From Octopus sinensis (Eukaryota): 64,000 nucleotides of DNA. The position numbers and the translations under genes were made by a program. The stretch lies in NCBI RefSeq assembly GCF_006345805.1, contig NC_042999.1:164672001-164736000 (forward strand). Direction: 5' to 3'. Numbering within the stretch: position 1 is the first letter of the stretch; every line of letters starts with the position of its first letter. Under the pieces are notes generated by a model. The model made no database searches. It was given only the letters and a program-made list of their open reading frames with translations, and had not been told where the DNA came from. This document shows positions 1-14,097 of this stretch, piece after piece.

Positions 1-162
1 CACCAATTCACAACAATCACTTATTCTTATGTAATTATTATAACACACTCTCTCTACGTCTACTCAATTCACTTCTTTAGAGGCCTGCTTGGTTGACCTT
101 CCTCTTCTTCTTCCATCACCCTTACTGTGTGACACTACATCAGTTTATACACTTTTAATTTT

Positions 163-348
163 TTCAGTCACTGGACTGCAGCTATGCTGGGGCACTCCTT
201 TGAAGGGTTTCTTTGAAACAAATTGATCCCAGAACTTATCCCTTTTTCTTAAACCTGGCACTTATTCTATTGGTCACTTTTGCCAAACTGCTAATTTGCA
301 GGGATGTAAACAAATCAACACTAGTTGCCAAATGGTGGGGTCACACAT

Positions 349-389
<41 letters not shown>

Positions 390-540
390 ATGGGCATATT
401 TCTGTTTCCATCTACCAAATCCATCCACATGGCTTTGGTTAGCTTGGGGGTTTTGGAAGACACTTGCCTAGGGTGTCACACAACTGGATTGAACCCTAGA
501 CCACATGGTTAGAAAGCAAGTTTCTCAACCACATGGTTTT
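163..540 (-). mobile_element. tRNA-derived SINE family A, degenerate copy
   Basis: Same module order as the young copies: ttcagtca..gactgc tail, central (CA)n, then ctaccaaatcca..gaagacacttgcc head. Confidence 0.75.
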
Positions 541-1210
541 TCACCCACCATGTGCTCACATTTTACTACACTAACAACAAACAACAAATTAAAATAGAAC
601 AAAACCACAGTCGTCATACCAGTCTAACTAATTAATAAAATAACACACAAAAGACATTCAGTACACAGAACAGATATGAGACATACACACACAAGACATT
701 CAACATACTGATGTGTGCAGATACACTCCTGCACACACACACACACACACACAAGTTTCTATAGTGGTAAAGTGAAGGTTTTGCATTCAGTTTTCTCACA
801 GCAACATGTTTTTTAATTTGGTGTGCTGAATATTATTAGTCTAATTAAAAAAAAAAGCTAATTAAATCAGTGGCATAGGAGTGTTAATTAGTTTAAGATT
901 TTCCAAATTGCTAGTGGTGTGGTGGTGTTAATTAGGTTAAGATTTTACAAATAGACTAGGTAAGGACAGGTATGCAAAAACCTAGAAACTATGAAACACA
1001 ATGTCTACATTCTACCACAAAATACTTCTTGCTTTTTAAACTTGTGTTTATTTTGTTTTCATTCCTTCGAAAATAATGTCTTTTGATGTTTCTACACTGA
1101 AGATGGCAGATCCAATTTTTACAAGATATAAAATCTAGAAGAAAATTATTTGAAATACTGTTGAAAGAAAAGCATGCATACATACATACATACAAACATA
1201 TATATATATA

Positions 1211-1487
1211 TCATCATCATCATCATTTAACGTCCGCTTTCCATGCTAGCATGGGTTGGACGGTTCAACTGGGGTCTGTGAAGCCAGAAGGCTGCATCAG
1301 GCCCAGTCTGATCTGGCAGTGTTTCTATGGCTGGATGCCCTTCCTAACGCCAACCACTCCGTGAGTGTAGTGGGTGCTTTTTACGTGCCACCCGCACAGG
1401 TGCCAGACGGAGCTGGCAAACAGCCATGGATGGATGGTGCTTTTTACGTGCCACCGGCACGGGGGCCAGGCGAGGCTGGCAACGGCT
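1211..1487 (-). mobile_element. Family B repeat with RTE-type 3' tail, young copy
   Basis: (CAT)n-ttaacgtccgctttccatgctagcatgggttggacgg...ggatgcccttcctaacgccaacc. It has an internal duplication of gtgctttttacgtgccacc. Confidence 0.8.
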
Positions 1488-1514
1488 ATATATATATATA
1501 TATATATATATAAA

Positions 1515-1880
1515 ACCATCATTTAATGTCTGCTGTTCATACTGGCATGGGTTGGACAGTTTGACCAGGGCTGGAAAGCTTAGGGGCTGCACTAGACTCC
1601 AGTCTAATTTGGCATGATTTCTGTGGCTGGATGCCTTTCCTAATGCCAACCACCCCGAGAGTGTAATGTATGCTTTTTCATGCCACTGGCACAGGTGTCA
1701 GTTGTGTGACACCAGTATCTGCTATGACTATGATTTCACTTTTCAAAAATAGCATCTTCTTATACATATATATGTGTGTGTGTGTGTATCATCATCATCA
1801 TCATCATTTAACGTCTGTTGTTCATGCTGGCATGGGTTGGATGGTTTGACTGGGGTGGTATGGTGGAAGGCTGCCCCATG
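1515..1880 (-). mobile_element. Two further family B tail fragments (about 1515-1745 and 1787-1880)
   Basis: Each has catcatttaa(t/c)gtctg...ctggcatgggttgga, and the first has ggctggatgcctttcctaatgccaacc. Confidence 0.75.
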
Positions 1881-2367
1881 TGTGTGTGTGTGTATGAAAT
1901 GAGGGTTCATAGGTACCTAACTCCTTTTATGGCAGCTAAAAAAGTAAACAGTTGAAGAAACATTTATATACGCTGGAAAGAGACTGTACAGTAAATATAT
2001 GAATATATTTTCTTTATAAGACTATATTAAGATTCATTCTTTTCATACATTGATTTCACAAAGACAGTGATCATGGCTCCTAGCGAATTTCTAATTAGCT
2101 GTTGAGTACTCACTCTCCTTTCTTAGTAGAGCACTCTAGAGATATCTTCACTACCTAAGTAACATAAGTTGTATTTGTTAGGTTGGATATAAATTAATAT
2201 TTGCATTTCTCTAACATGTTCCGTCAATTTATATTCAGTTCCTCATGGGTGATTGCTATTTATTGTAGGGCTGCATTGGAACTTGTCTTGAGTAGTTGCA
2301 GAAATATTGAGATGTCCTGGAAGCTTACCATAAAATAAATACATGCACATATTCTATACATGTGTAT

Positions 2368-2778
2368 ACTCTTACTCTCTCTTTTACTTGTTTCAGTCAG
2401 TTGACTGCAGCCATGCTGGAGCACTGCCTTTAGTCGAGCAACTCGACCCCGGGACTTATTCTTTGTAAGCCTAGTACTTATTCTATCGGTCTCTTTTGCT
2501 GAACCGCTAAGTGACGGGGATATAAATACACCAGCATCGGTTGTCAAGCAATTCTAGGGGGACAAACACAGACACACAAACATACACGCACACATATATA
2601 TATACATATATACGATGGGCTTTTTTCAGTTTCCGTCTACCAAATCCACTCACAAGGCTTTGGTTGGCCCGAGGCTATAGTAGAAGACACTTGCCCAAAA
2701 TGCCATGCAGTGGGACTGAACCCGGAACCATGTGGTTGGTAAGCAAGCTCCTTACCACACAGCTACTCCTGCGCCTAT
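2368..2778 (-). mobile_element. tRNA-derived SINE family A, full-length young copy
   Basis: The minus strand starts ataggcgcaggagtagctgtgtgg (A-box-like) and has ggttcagtcc (B-box-like), a central microsatellite and a gactgaaacaagtaaaagag tail. Confidence 0.9.
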
Positions 2779-2899
2779 TCAAGATGTAGTCTATTTTTTG
2801 CTTAGTTATTTCCCGTAGACATTAGTCATAGCCCAGCCATTCATTCATCTTCCGAGAGTTAAATTATCTCTGCACTTACATTGTATTTAAAGTTTAAAA

Positions 2900-3095
2900 C
2901 AAGACTTCATAAGGAATCAACCAGTTGCTTTTAACAGAAAAAAAAAAGGCTGACAGATTAATCAGACCGTCCCCCATCCTAGATACGCAATATGTTATAT
3001 TTGAATGAAAGATAGGTTGATCACAGCTGGAACATTTTTTTTATTATAAGTTTGCTGGATCAGAGGTGATCTGGGATTAACTAACAACAGCACCT
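2900..3095 (+). repeat. Family D short interspersed repeat (other copies about 8360-8580, 20480-20650, 20805-21000, 25470-25830, 37975-38090; reverse copies about 39050-39170, 42760-42900)
   Basis: Recurrent motif caacc.gctagaaa.agcagc.aaatctccctcaaatcacac...gatca...ggg.taaacaaca, which looks like a retroposon tail. Confidence 0.6.
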
Positions 3096-3730
3096 TTACA
3101 ATACCAAAACAGAAAGGAGAAAGAAAAAAATAGAGTAATGAAATATAATCAGTTTTCTTCAAACAGATGTGTTAAAAGCTGAAGTTTATTTATCGAAAAT
3201 GCATGTCAAGAATAACTTGCAAATTGTAACTGTTTTTCAGCAATGAGATAAATTGCTGTACCAAATTGTTCAGCAATATAATGGATTGTGGATTTATGGG
3301 GTCTCTGATATCTAAGACTATTTATCAGCTTACTATTGCTAGAAAATACATCAGTGGCATAATTATGCTATAAGGTCAATTGCAGTTCACTGCTAAATAG
3401 ATATTTATCAGGTGTAGAGCAAAAAATTTAACGAATATCACAAACTAAGGAATGGTTTGCCATGACTAGTGATAATATGGTGTGTATCATGTAAAGAGAT
3501 ATGTAGAGAACATGTGTAGACACAGTGAGAGACATTGATAGAAGAATGGAGCAGAGAAGAAATACATTTCTATGAGTTACTTTTAAAAGTGGAAAGCCAA
3601 GAACCTTCTTAGATATCATTAGGTCTAGAAATGGGATAGAAGGCTGGATTAGATTAATGTGGTTAAGGTCCAGTTTAAATGGCTTTGTGTTTGTTGCTAG
3701 ATGGTAAAATATAATATTGAATATATTTTT

Positions 3731-4068
3731 TTGTTTCAGTCATTTGACTGTGGTCATGCTGGAGCACCACTTTTAATCAAACAAATCAACCCCAGGACTT
3801 ATTCTTTGTAAGCCCAGTACTTATTCTATCAGTCTCTTTTGCCAAACTGCTAAGTTACAGGGACGTAAATGCAACAGCATCGGTTGTCAAGCAATGGTGG
3901 GGGGGGGGACAAACACAGACACAGAAACACACACATACACATATATATATGACGGGCTGCTTTCAGTTTCCATCTACCAAATCCAATCACAAGGCTTTGG
4001 TTGGCGCAATGCTATAGTAGAAGACACATGCTCAAGGTGCCATGCAGTGGGACTGAACCTGGAACCAT
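3731..4068 (-). mobile_element. SINE family A copy
   Basis: tttcagtcatttgactg...caggacttattctttgtaagcc...gggactgaacctggaacc. Confidence 0.85.
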
Positions 4069-4257
4069 GTAGAAGAAAAGAAAAGATTTCTGAGTGTAAT
4101 GATACAAACCAAGGAAGTCTGTGAGTGCTTGGTTTGATAAAAACCGGTTCAATAATATTTTAAGAAACTGGATAATGTTAGTGTGTTGTGAGAAGTTAAT
4201 TATACTGTCACGATCAGTGCCCTTCTTTCGAGAATCAAGAGTATCTTCTTTCATCTT

Positions 4258-4650
4258 TTATCTTTTATATGTTTTAGTTATTTGACTGCGACCATGATGG
4301 GGTACCAACATGAAGGGTTTTAGATGAACAAACTGAGCCTAGGACTTATTTTTTAAAGCCTAGTACTTATTTTATTGGTCTCAGGAACACACCAGCTGTC
4401 AAGAGGTGGTGGGGGACAAACACACACACACATACATATACACACACACTCATATGCACACACACATACACGCACACGTACAGACATATATATTGTGCAT
4501 ATATATACAAGAGGCCTCTTTCAGTTTTCATCCACCGAATCCACTCACAAGTCTTTAGTAAGCTCAAGGCTATAGTAGAAGACACTTGCCCAACATGTCA
4601 CACAGTGGGACTGAACCCAGAACCATGTGACTGACAAGAATGCTTATTGC
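4258..4650 (-). mobile_element. SINE family A copy
   Basis: Same tail, microsatellite and head modules, ending gggactgaacccagaaccatgtg. Confidence 0.8.
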
Positions 4651-5699
4651 CACACATTATTATACTTTTTGTTTGGAGATAAAGAAGTTCTTTAGTCTTC
4701 ACATCTTTACTCAATTCTCTTACTAGAGTTAAAAAAAACCAAAACAACCTTAAGCAGAGAAGTAAAGGCCAATATCCCAAAATGTAGCTCTTCACTGTTT
4801 ATTTTTCAGCCTGAAGAAGTAAATCAGTTTGCTATAACCGTTCCATGCACTTTTAGATTGGTGAAGTCAATATTTAAAACAAGTTAAGCAGGGGTTCTAG
4901 GTGATTGCAGTCTGAGAAGGAAGCTTAGAGCTAATTGTTCGGAATAAGTTTATGTAGTGAGGTTCATTAAGGATAATGAACTAATCAGCAGATATACCAA
5001 GGTTTTAGGGTAGTTATAGTACACAGTTTGCTATTTCAGAGGATCATAAACTGTTTGAGTTCAGATTGTAGAGGAAAAGAAAGAGCAGGAGCATTTTTCA
5101 CAGATGACAGAGGGGTCAATTCCCAAAACTTAGGAATGTGAGCCAAGTATGAGACTTTATAACTTCAACCATTATTTCACAATCCTGCTAAATTCATTCT
5201 ATTCTGGCATTTTAGTAATTAACGTACATATACCATTGAAAAGTAGATAGCTATTTTACTGGTGTTTCAATTGTGTACACCAAGTATTTTAGTAATTAAT
5301 GTTGGGTAATAATTCTTAACCATTATATGAGGTGTGCCTAGGTACCCACTTGTTTTCATTCTAAGAAGTAGTCTTCTGCTGCTATCTCTCAGTATCTTGC
5401 AAAGAACGAGTAACCAAATGCTGATGAGTTGTTGACAATAAAACTGGTTGGTCTGATTCTTGTTTCAAGCTGCTGAAAAAGCCTTAATGGAGACTCATTT
5501 GTGTAGACATATAACTTTATATATATTTACATATTGTTAAACTAGGACAGACCTGAAATAACTCTGTGATTCTCAATGAAATAGTGAAGCACATTCATAG
5601 TTTTGTTTCCATAGAGAAATTAGGCACACAAAGGATGATAGCTGCTGTTACACCAACATCCTGCTTTGTTTGCACTAGTTGGAGCTTCAAAAAGAGTTC

Positions 5700-7445
5700 A
5701 TGGAGCTTCATGGAGCTTCAAAAAGAGTTAATAACTTATGCAATGCTCTGATGTAGAGAATAAAGATGTACCTATGCTTTAAAGTGTCACATTTGTAATT
5801 AGTAAAGGAAACTGAAGTGATTTATGAGTAAAAGATATGAAAATTTCTCACAAGTAATAAAATAGAGGCAGTTATATTATACTTTCTCTGACAAACCTGT
5901 GATTAAGGCTGCCCACCATATAAAAGCAGAGGAAGTTGAGAATGAAAATAATGAAGTCTAAGACAAATTACAAGAGCTAAGTTCTCAGACTCTATTCTCA
6001 AAGTGACAGGATATTTATCAAAACAGAAATGTTTAATTGTTCAGAGTAATTAATGGAATTAATAGGTAGATGAGAGTACAGCTATAAACATTAGAAATTT
6101 AATGTTCCATATGAGTGTGTTTAAATGTTGTAGAGATTTATCTCAAACTAAAAGTAATTTGTGTTTCAATGACAAAAGGACATAATTTCTCTAAACATAA
6201 AAACATTAAAATGATATAAACGATATATAAACATGCTAATTCCGACAATTTAACGTCCACTGATAACAAGAGGCACACAGAAGGGTGTTTGTTAGAAAGA
6301 ACAACCAAACAGAGATCCAACTGTTGTCCATGAAATATTTAGAGAATAAACTGTCTACTCAACAGCTATGCCAAATGATAACTTTTTTTTTTTATAGTGC
6401 ACCAAATACCAATTAATTTTGTCATTTGAACCTTAACTTCCATTTAGCTCTAATTTTAGCAAACAATCTAGAAAATTTGAACCAAATAAGGGTGTGCCAA
6501 CCACAGACAAAAGCAGGCTTGTGCCACTCTTACAACAGCACTATAGAATATATTCAAGCAACTTGAGGAGATTAGTTTGCCTATTTCCACTGTGGCCACC
6601 GTGAGATAGCTTTCTGCCAGATTCATAACACATTCAGTTAGATATTACAAGAAGAATCTATATCTGCTTAGTTAATTAAGTTTTATAAGAATCTAATCAA
6701 TTCAATTATTGTTTGAAATTATCACCTATCTAGCTTTTGGGCAGGAATGATTGAGTGGTATATTAAACTTCTTGAAAAGATACTTCCAATCTAGCAAGAA
6801 AGGGAGGATGAGAATATGAAAACCTCTTATGAGTTCTATATAATTAGTATGGTTTTGGTTCATTAGGAAACTCCACAAAACTATACTGATCAAAAAAAGA
6901 ATAAATTTGTTGCAGATTTAAAATACAATTCTGAATAGTATGACATCAAATATCTAGACAAATATTCTACACGAGATGGCTGCAAAGTCATAAGGTAGTT
7001 CAGTTCTGGTTCACCTCTGATCAAACAGATCTCTGAATGAAGGCATTCCAGATGTGAACACTTGGTTGGCATCTTAGAGTGTGAGAAAGGAAAAAGTACC
7101 AAATATATGTAAGACAACCCAGTTTATCCAGTTCACCAAAGCCTCTCTCTTCTTGATAGAACAAAGAGCCTCTTGAAAATAGCTAAATTATAGGAGATGA
7201 TGGTGAGTCTGCTAAGGACTCCTCAAGTTGGTCAAAGATCCTGGACATGACCATAAGGTTCAAAAAGGTGAAGGGGATCATTCTAACTGAACAGATGGTC
7301 AGAAGAAAAGATAGATGTAAGAAGACCCTAAAGAGAAAAGTCACAAAATACAAGGACCTGGTCTAACAATGTACAACGTAGAGATGCAATCTTGGATATT
7401 TCTAGTTAAGGTTAACTATATTGGTGTTTCCTTTTAACATTTGTG
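5700..7445 (+). mobile_element. Highly degraded Hero/NeSL-like (restriction-like endonuclease) non-LTR retroelement remnant
   Basis: About 7235-7440 translates to ILDMTIRFKKVKGIILTEQMV...KRKVTKYKDLV*QC, then after a frameshift WIFLVKVNYIGV. This resembles the Hero RLE motif RPDIVLWS..KQIILIELTVPWEE...RK..KY..L..EC...GW..W.FPVEVGCRG. The upstream extent is poorly supported. Confidence 0.45.
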
Positions 7446-7589
7446 TAGAAGATACTCACTGCCTTGAGAATAAAAGGAATGGAGAGAAAGACAACTGCCT
7501 GCAACTTGGAAGAAGCACACACATGCATATGCATTTTATAGTAATCAGTAGAAGTTACAGAGTGACTCAAGGGCCAAAACCATTTACCA

Positions 7590-7957
7590 AACTGTACATT
7601 TGCAAATAAATGTGATTCCAGGTTCAGTCCCACATCACAATATCTTGGGTAAGTGTCTTTGACTATAACTCCAGGCTGACCAATGTCTTGCATGTGAATT
7701 TGGTAAATGGAAACTGTGTGGAAGTCTATCATATGTATGTGTATGTGTGAGTTTCTTGCGTGTGTGAATATTTGTGTTTGTCCCCACCACTGATTGACAA
7801 TTGGTACTAGTTTGTTTACATCACTTTATCTTAGTGATTTGGCAAAGTAGACCAATAGTCCAATAGAATTAGTATTGAACTTAGAAATAAGCACTGAGGC
7901 CAATTGTACTAATACGCTTTCATGACCACAGCCCAAAGACTGAAACAAATAAAAGGT
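7590..7957 (+). mobile_element. SINE family A, degenerate plus-strand copy
   Basis: ggttcagtccca...gtgtctt...tttggtaaatggaaactg...gactgaaacaaataaaagg. Confidence 0.75.
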
Positions 7958-10877
7958 ATATATATGTATTCATTTATTCATTCATTTTCACACGCTGGCA
8001 TCAGTTAGATGATATCTTATCAAGGCTTTGTTTTACAGCCAAATGCATTTCCTGATGCTAAACCCTTACCTATAAGGGATATCATATTGCAAGTGGGCGA
8101 TTTATCGACAGAAGTGATGACAACAATATTGCTTGGCCATCACAACTTTTATAAATGCAAATGGAAATGTAAACACAGTGACACATGGTGAAAACTGTAA
8201 CAACCTTAGGAGAGGGAACCAGCATCTCATTCTCAACACCAAAGCTTCTCTTTCTCCCTTTCTCTTTCTCCCTTTCTCTTTCTCCACTGATCAAACTCAG
8301 AATCTTAAAAGTTTGGTTCAAACAACCAAATACCACCACCACCACCACCACCATCTAAGGAAGTATCTAGGCGATTGCTCTACTTGTTAGACATAGCAGT
8401 CAAGTCTTCCTCAAATCACACTGTATTTCTTACAAAAAAGGAAGGACAGTGAATAACAAAGTCTGAGGTACACAATGTCAATAAAAAAATTTTTTTAAAA
8501 GACCTAGATGATTATCCCTGGAATGCATGTGATTGCTTGTCTGCTTAATTAGGGCCAACATGCAGCTAAACAACAATAACTATTACCACCACCACCACCA
8601 CCACCACCACTACTACTACTACTAATAATAATAAAAATAATAAGCAACAACTCAAACAGCATTAAACTGAATGTGCCAATTTTCTTGAATTTCCTGTAGG
8701 AATCAAATGATTTCCTGAAATTGCACACCTCCAGCCTGCAGCCTTCCACATCCTGACATCTCTCCAACCAATTGCCAACATACTAACCAGCTATCAATAT
8801 TCATCGCTCTCTTTCTTTCTCTCTCTCTCTCTCTCTCCCCCCCTCTCTCATTAACTGCCCAACTGTTACAGGGAAGGCAGCTATCAAACACACAAATGAG
8901 ATTGCTGGCAGGCGTACTTTTTATTGAATTCGCATGAAGGAATAATAACAATAATAATCTTGCATTTATTATTACCATCAATATTCATTCATTTATTCAA
9001 TAAATATGCATACTAAGGTGCTACAAACTATAGAGACAAACAAAACAAGGTTATATAAAAACAAGGGGAGGGGTAAAGACATCTTAATATCTAAAACTGT
9101 AGGTTCAAGGCTGAAGGCCACAGTTTTGCAATTGGAAACGGATGTTGTTTTGCATAGGGTCATAGGCTATGTGACACTCTCTGTTACTTTTTCTTTTTTT
9201 TAAAGGAGAAATTTTAGCAATGGTCAGTTACCAGCTGACTACGACAGACTGTTACAAATGCCACCACAGTGCAGGAGTCAAGCTTAAGATGAAATGAGCT
9301 GGAGGCAAAGGTATCCCTAAATGGCCATCTCTACTTCAAAGATCATGAATGGATTCAAAGAAGAGCTTTACTAGCCCTAATAAATGAAGTTGTAAATGAA
9401 ATATATTTTATCATCTTTGATCTTTTTCTAGGAGAGTTAATTAAGTGTAAAACATCAAGTTCAACTTCAGCATTCCAAATTGCTTGGATGCAAAAATTCT
9501 GAATCCATTTTCAGCATCTCTTTAGAATGAATTAATGTGTTTGTATTCATTTCCATTACAAATAATCCAAAACAAGGCTGGTGTGTTTTGTTTATAGTAT
9601 GAATATTTTTTCCCTTTTTAAATTATACAATATAATTAAATAAGTACATAGAAGCACAGACACAAAGGAAAACATACAGATTTTAGGTCAGCTCACAGGT
9701 TCCCACAACTCTGATCCCTTTCAGCTTCCCCCTGAACTTCATGCAAACTCTAAAGATCTCTTGTCGTCCCCAAAGTATCTGTGAGCAGTTCAAGTATTGG
9801 ATTGTGCAAGAAAAGATTTCCATCATCTTCATTGTAATTTAAATACGGATCTGTGTAGTTATCAAAGATAATTCTCCCAAGTAGCATGTTACTGCATAAA
9901 TGTAACTCCTCCTATGTATAACCAGCAACACTGACAAAGAGTCAAGTTTTACGTATTTTGCTCACCTTCTCCATTTTATTTTGTTTGCATTTTTAACCAT
10001 CTCTGATAGTTAGCTACTTGCCTTATTTGTCTTCTCCCCTTCATCACAAGATGATGATGTAGTGTCGCTGAAAGGAACTACCTTAATTTCCTGGTCATCT
10101 GATTCTTGATTGTCCATTTTTGTGATGGAGGACCAGGCAAATCTTGCAGCCATTCTTGGAGCTACAACTGGTGAGGTGATTAGCAATATTGTTGAAATAA
10201 GAACAGGCATTGTTACTGCTTTCTCTGTTGCTTTCCCCTTCTCAACTTCCCAAGAACTTTTGGACGGCAAGTTCTGAGATGGCTATTACCACCACATGTC
10301 TATCAACAAGCCTATCCGGCTTGTACCACCAGTTTCATAGCCTTTCCTCCAGCACTTTAGATGTGGTACAGCCTTAGGGCTTGTATGTTCATGGAGACCC
10401 TAACATCCAATGCTATGTCCTTGATGTCATTTTCAGTACTCATTATCTGTCCTTGATGATGACAGGCCAAAAGTCAATGCATTGCCAATATCCTTGTGGT
10501 ACTACCATATGGGAAGTGAGTGGTATACCAGCCCAGCCTGCATCTTTGCCCTATCCTCATTTTTAAAAGCTAGACATAAGATTCTATGTCCCTTTCCTTG
10601 ATCAATAGGGGAAATATCACACCATACATTTGCTAGAGCTACCTCTAATTATTCTTTTGAGGGCATGAAGAGACCTGTTCCCATTTTGGTGATGCAAAAC
10701 TAGTTAACATTCATCCTTTTTTGCTCTTGAAGGTAAGGCTCTGATAAAGGGCCATTCATATTTACAAAACTCTGACAAGTAAATTTCTTCTGAACTAGAT
10801 AACCCATGTCTAAAACCTATCTGTTACTAACAGCATGATCAAAGCTATAATTGTGATAATCTTTTTGTTTTCTCCAT

Positions 10878-10920
<43 letters not shown>

Positions 10921-11606
10921 TGTGTGTGTGTGTGTATGTGTATGTGGGTGTGTCTACATGTTATTGTTGTTGTTACTTTTATTTATATATAAATTTGCAT
11001 TTTCCAACATTAGAGCGTGACTATATATAAGAGTGTATCTGTATTATTGTAATTTTTACCTATCTTCGTGCTTTGAATTCTATTCATCTTTTTTTAACTT
11101 GTTTCTATGTGTTTGGAGATCACATGAATATTTTCTTTCAAAGGAGTGTATTCAGTACAACTCCCTTTTCTTGTTACAAGCTCTTCCTACTCCTCTGACA
11201 GAGGAAGCCATCTTGAAAATTATTATGAACACAATCAAATTCTAGGGAAAAAAAAAAGAAAAAAGAAATCAAAGATATGCTTAGAGCAGATTTTCTGTCT
11301 ACTTTCAGGACAATAATAGAAATGCTAATATTCTGGCATCCCTCATTTGTAAAAGAATCCAAAAAGTTATAATTCTTATTCAGTAAAACTTGCTGACAAA
11401 CACTGCTACTACTAATTATTATTATTATTATTACAGGCACAAGGCCTGAAATTTTAAGGAGAGAGTGGTTGATAACATCGATCCCAATGCTCAACAGGTA
11501 GTACTTATTTTATTGGCTCTGAAAGAACAAAATGCTAAGTCAAAACCATTAACTTTGTAAGTCAGAATGTAGAGCCAGAAGTTACTACTACTACTACTAC
11601 TACTAC

Positions 11607-11638
<32 letters not shown>

Positions 11639-11689
11639 GAGCACTCAGCACAAACCCCCACCAAAGCAACACCAACATCCTCTCAATAA

Positions 11690-12094
<405 letters not shown>

Positions 12095-12560
12095 ATTTCC
12101 TAGATAGTCACAAGGCCTGCAATATTGAAGGAAGGGGAGTCATTTATATTGTCAACCTTAGAACTTGACTGGTGCTGTATTTTAATGACTCTGAAGAAAT
12201 GGAAGGCCAAGTTGATCTCAGCAGTATTTGAACTCGGAAAGTAAGAAGCCATAAAAAATACCATAAAGCATTTCTTCACATGCTTTAACAACCCTACCAG
12301 CTTGCCACCCCTAATAATGATGGTGATGCTGCTAACAACAACAACATTATTAATGGTTTCAAATTTTGGCACAAGGCCAGCAGTTTTGGGCAAGGGTATA
12401 AGTCAATTACATTGACACCAGTATTCAACTATTATTTATTTTATTGACCCTGAAAGGATGAAAGGCAAAATCAACCTAGGAAGAATTTGAACTCAGAATG
12501 GAAAGACATGAAATACTGATATGTATTTTGCCTGGAATGTTAACCATTCTTCTAGCTCAC
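12095..12560 (-). mobile_element. SINE family C, two copies (other minus copies about 11440-11570, 18960-19160, 38790-38940)
   Basis: cacaaggcc.g.aattt...gacc..agta...attgaccctgaaaggatgaaaggcaaa.tcaacct...atttgaactcagaa. Confidence 0.75.
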
Positions 12561-13804
12561 CATCTTCATAGTATTAATAATAATTTTTTCTAATATAAGC
12601 CCAAAGACATAAATTTTACAAACTCTGGGTAGATGAAAGGTTAAGTCAAACCCAGTGAGATTTGAACTCATAATACAAAGAGATGTAACTAAATACAAGA
12701 CATTTTGTCCTGTGCTCTAGCAAATAATAATAGTCATCATAAGACATAAAAATAGTTACAAAATGATAGTGATAATGACATGAGAGTGTCAGAAAACCTA
12801 ACAGCATTAACTGCTGTTTCTCATAAGCAACAAAGCAGAGCTAATATGGGCATGTTGTGAAAGACTGACTGGTGAGAAACAGGAGCAGCAAATATTGGAG
12901 CTTAGTGAAGTGGCAAAGCAACCCTCAACCCTTCCCTTTTTTTGTTGTTGTTAACAACAAATATATAAAGCTGAAACTTTAATGTCATCATTCTATTTGC
13001 TGGTTCAGTCCTAAAAATAGAAGGAAGGCAGGAATTTTGCAAAAGCATTTAAACCAGATTGTTAGCTGTGTTCTTTTTATTCATGGCACATGCAGAAGAA
13101 TTTGATAAAAGGGATACAAATATAATGAGAAGAAATAAAGAACAGAAACATTGTAATTTGTACCTATTTAAGGAATTAAGTCTGTATTTGGTTGATTGAG
13201 TTTTCATCAGTTTAAAATGCCTCAATTACTGTTATTTGATCTTATTCTTTTTTTTAAAACCAAAATTCAGACAAGAGCTCTGTTTGACAGAAAAGTAGCA
13301 AAATATCAAAGTTAAAAATTTATAATTTCAGGAGACCAATTGTAGTCTGTTTTCTAAGAATTTCCATTGAATAAGCATTAAACAATGAATATCATTAGCA
13401 TGTCACGATAAAGAGATTTCTAAGAGAGTGAATACTAAGCCTTGATTGAACTGTTTAACTTCATCCTTCATGTATTATTTACATAATTGATTGGAAGAAT
13501 AAAATCAGATTTAAAGGGGAAAAAAATTTAATACAATTTTGTAAAGAAAAAGTAAAAATAACAAAAATTCCCATAAAACAGAAAAACTTAAAACAAGATT
13601 TTGATATAAATTATGCTATTCCTTTATTTCTATTCGTTTTTGTACTTTCTGTTTGATTCTATGGCTTCCATTTTACTCCTTTTCTGTTATTAAAAAGAAT
13701 CAGAGAACCTGTTGTTCAGTTTCTGTTCCAATTAATGCTATGATGTCACTCCGATAAAAGGCTTTTAAGTTCAATTTATCACAGAGAGAGAGAGAGAGAG
13801 AGTA

Positions 13805-14097
13805 TCTGTATCATTGTACTGACCAGACTATCAGATGCCATTATACACTGCTGGTCACAATGCACTTCCTTGTATTGTAGTAACTTTGCTAAGATACCAC
13901 CCACTGGCTCAGCCAGCAAAGATTGCGTGGGATGCCAGTCTATGGCAGGGTTGTCCATTTATAACTGAGTGGACTGGAGCAACTTGAAATGAAGCATTTT
14001 GTTGAAGAACACAACACACTGCTAGTTTGGGAATCAACACCACGATCTTGCAATCATGAGTATGATGCCCTAACCTCCAGGTTGATGCTTCCACATG
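13805..14097 (-). mobile_element. tRNA-derived SINE related to family E, degenerate
   Basis: Shares ctgagtg.actggagcaa..tgaaat.aag...ttg.tgaagaac.caac with the 44222-44560 copy. Confidence 0.7.

Noticed and set aside
881-960. Two ~45-bp tandem units containing TTAGGTTAAG, superficially telomere-like or CRISPR-like
   Set aside because: There are only two diverged units, with no (TTAGGG)n array and no repeat-spacer structure.
5418-5462. CTGATGA-containing hammerhead-like string
   Set aside because: GAAA is replaced by AAAA and stem I does not pair.
10010-10270. 86-aa minus-strand ORF near a strong GTGAG donor at about 9965
   Set aside because: All frames leading to the donor contain stops and it does not resemble PKC. 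I treat it as part of an unclassified fossil.
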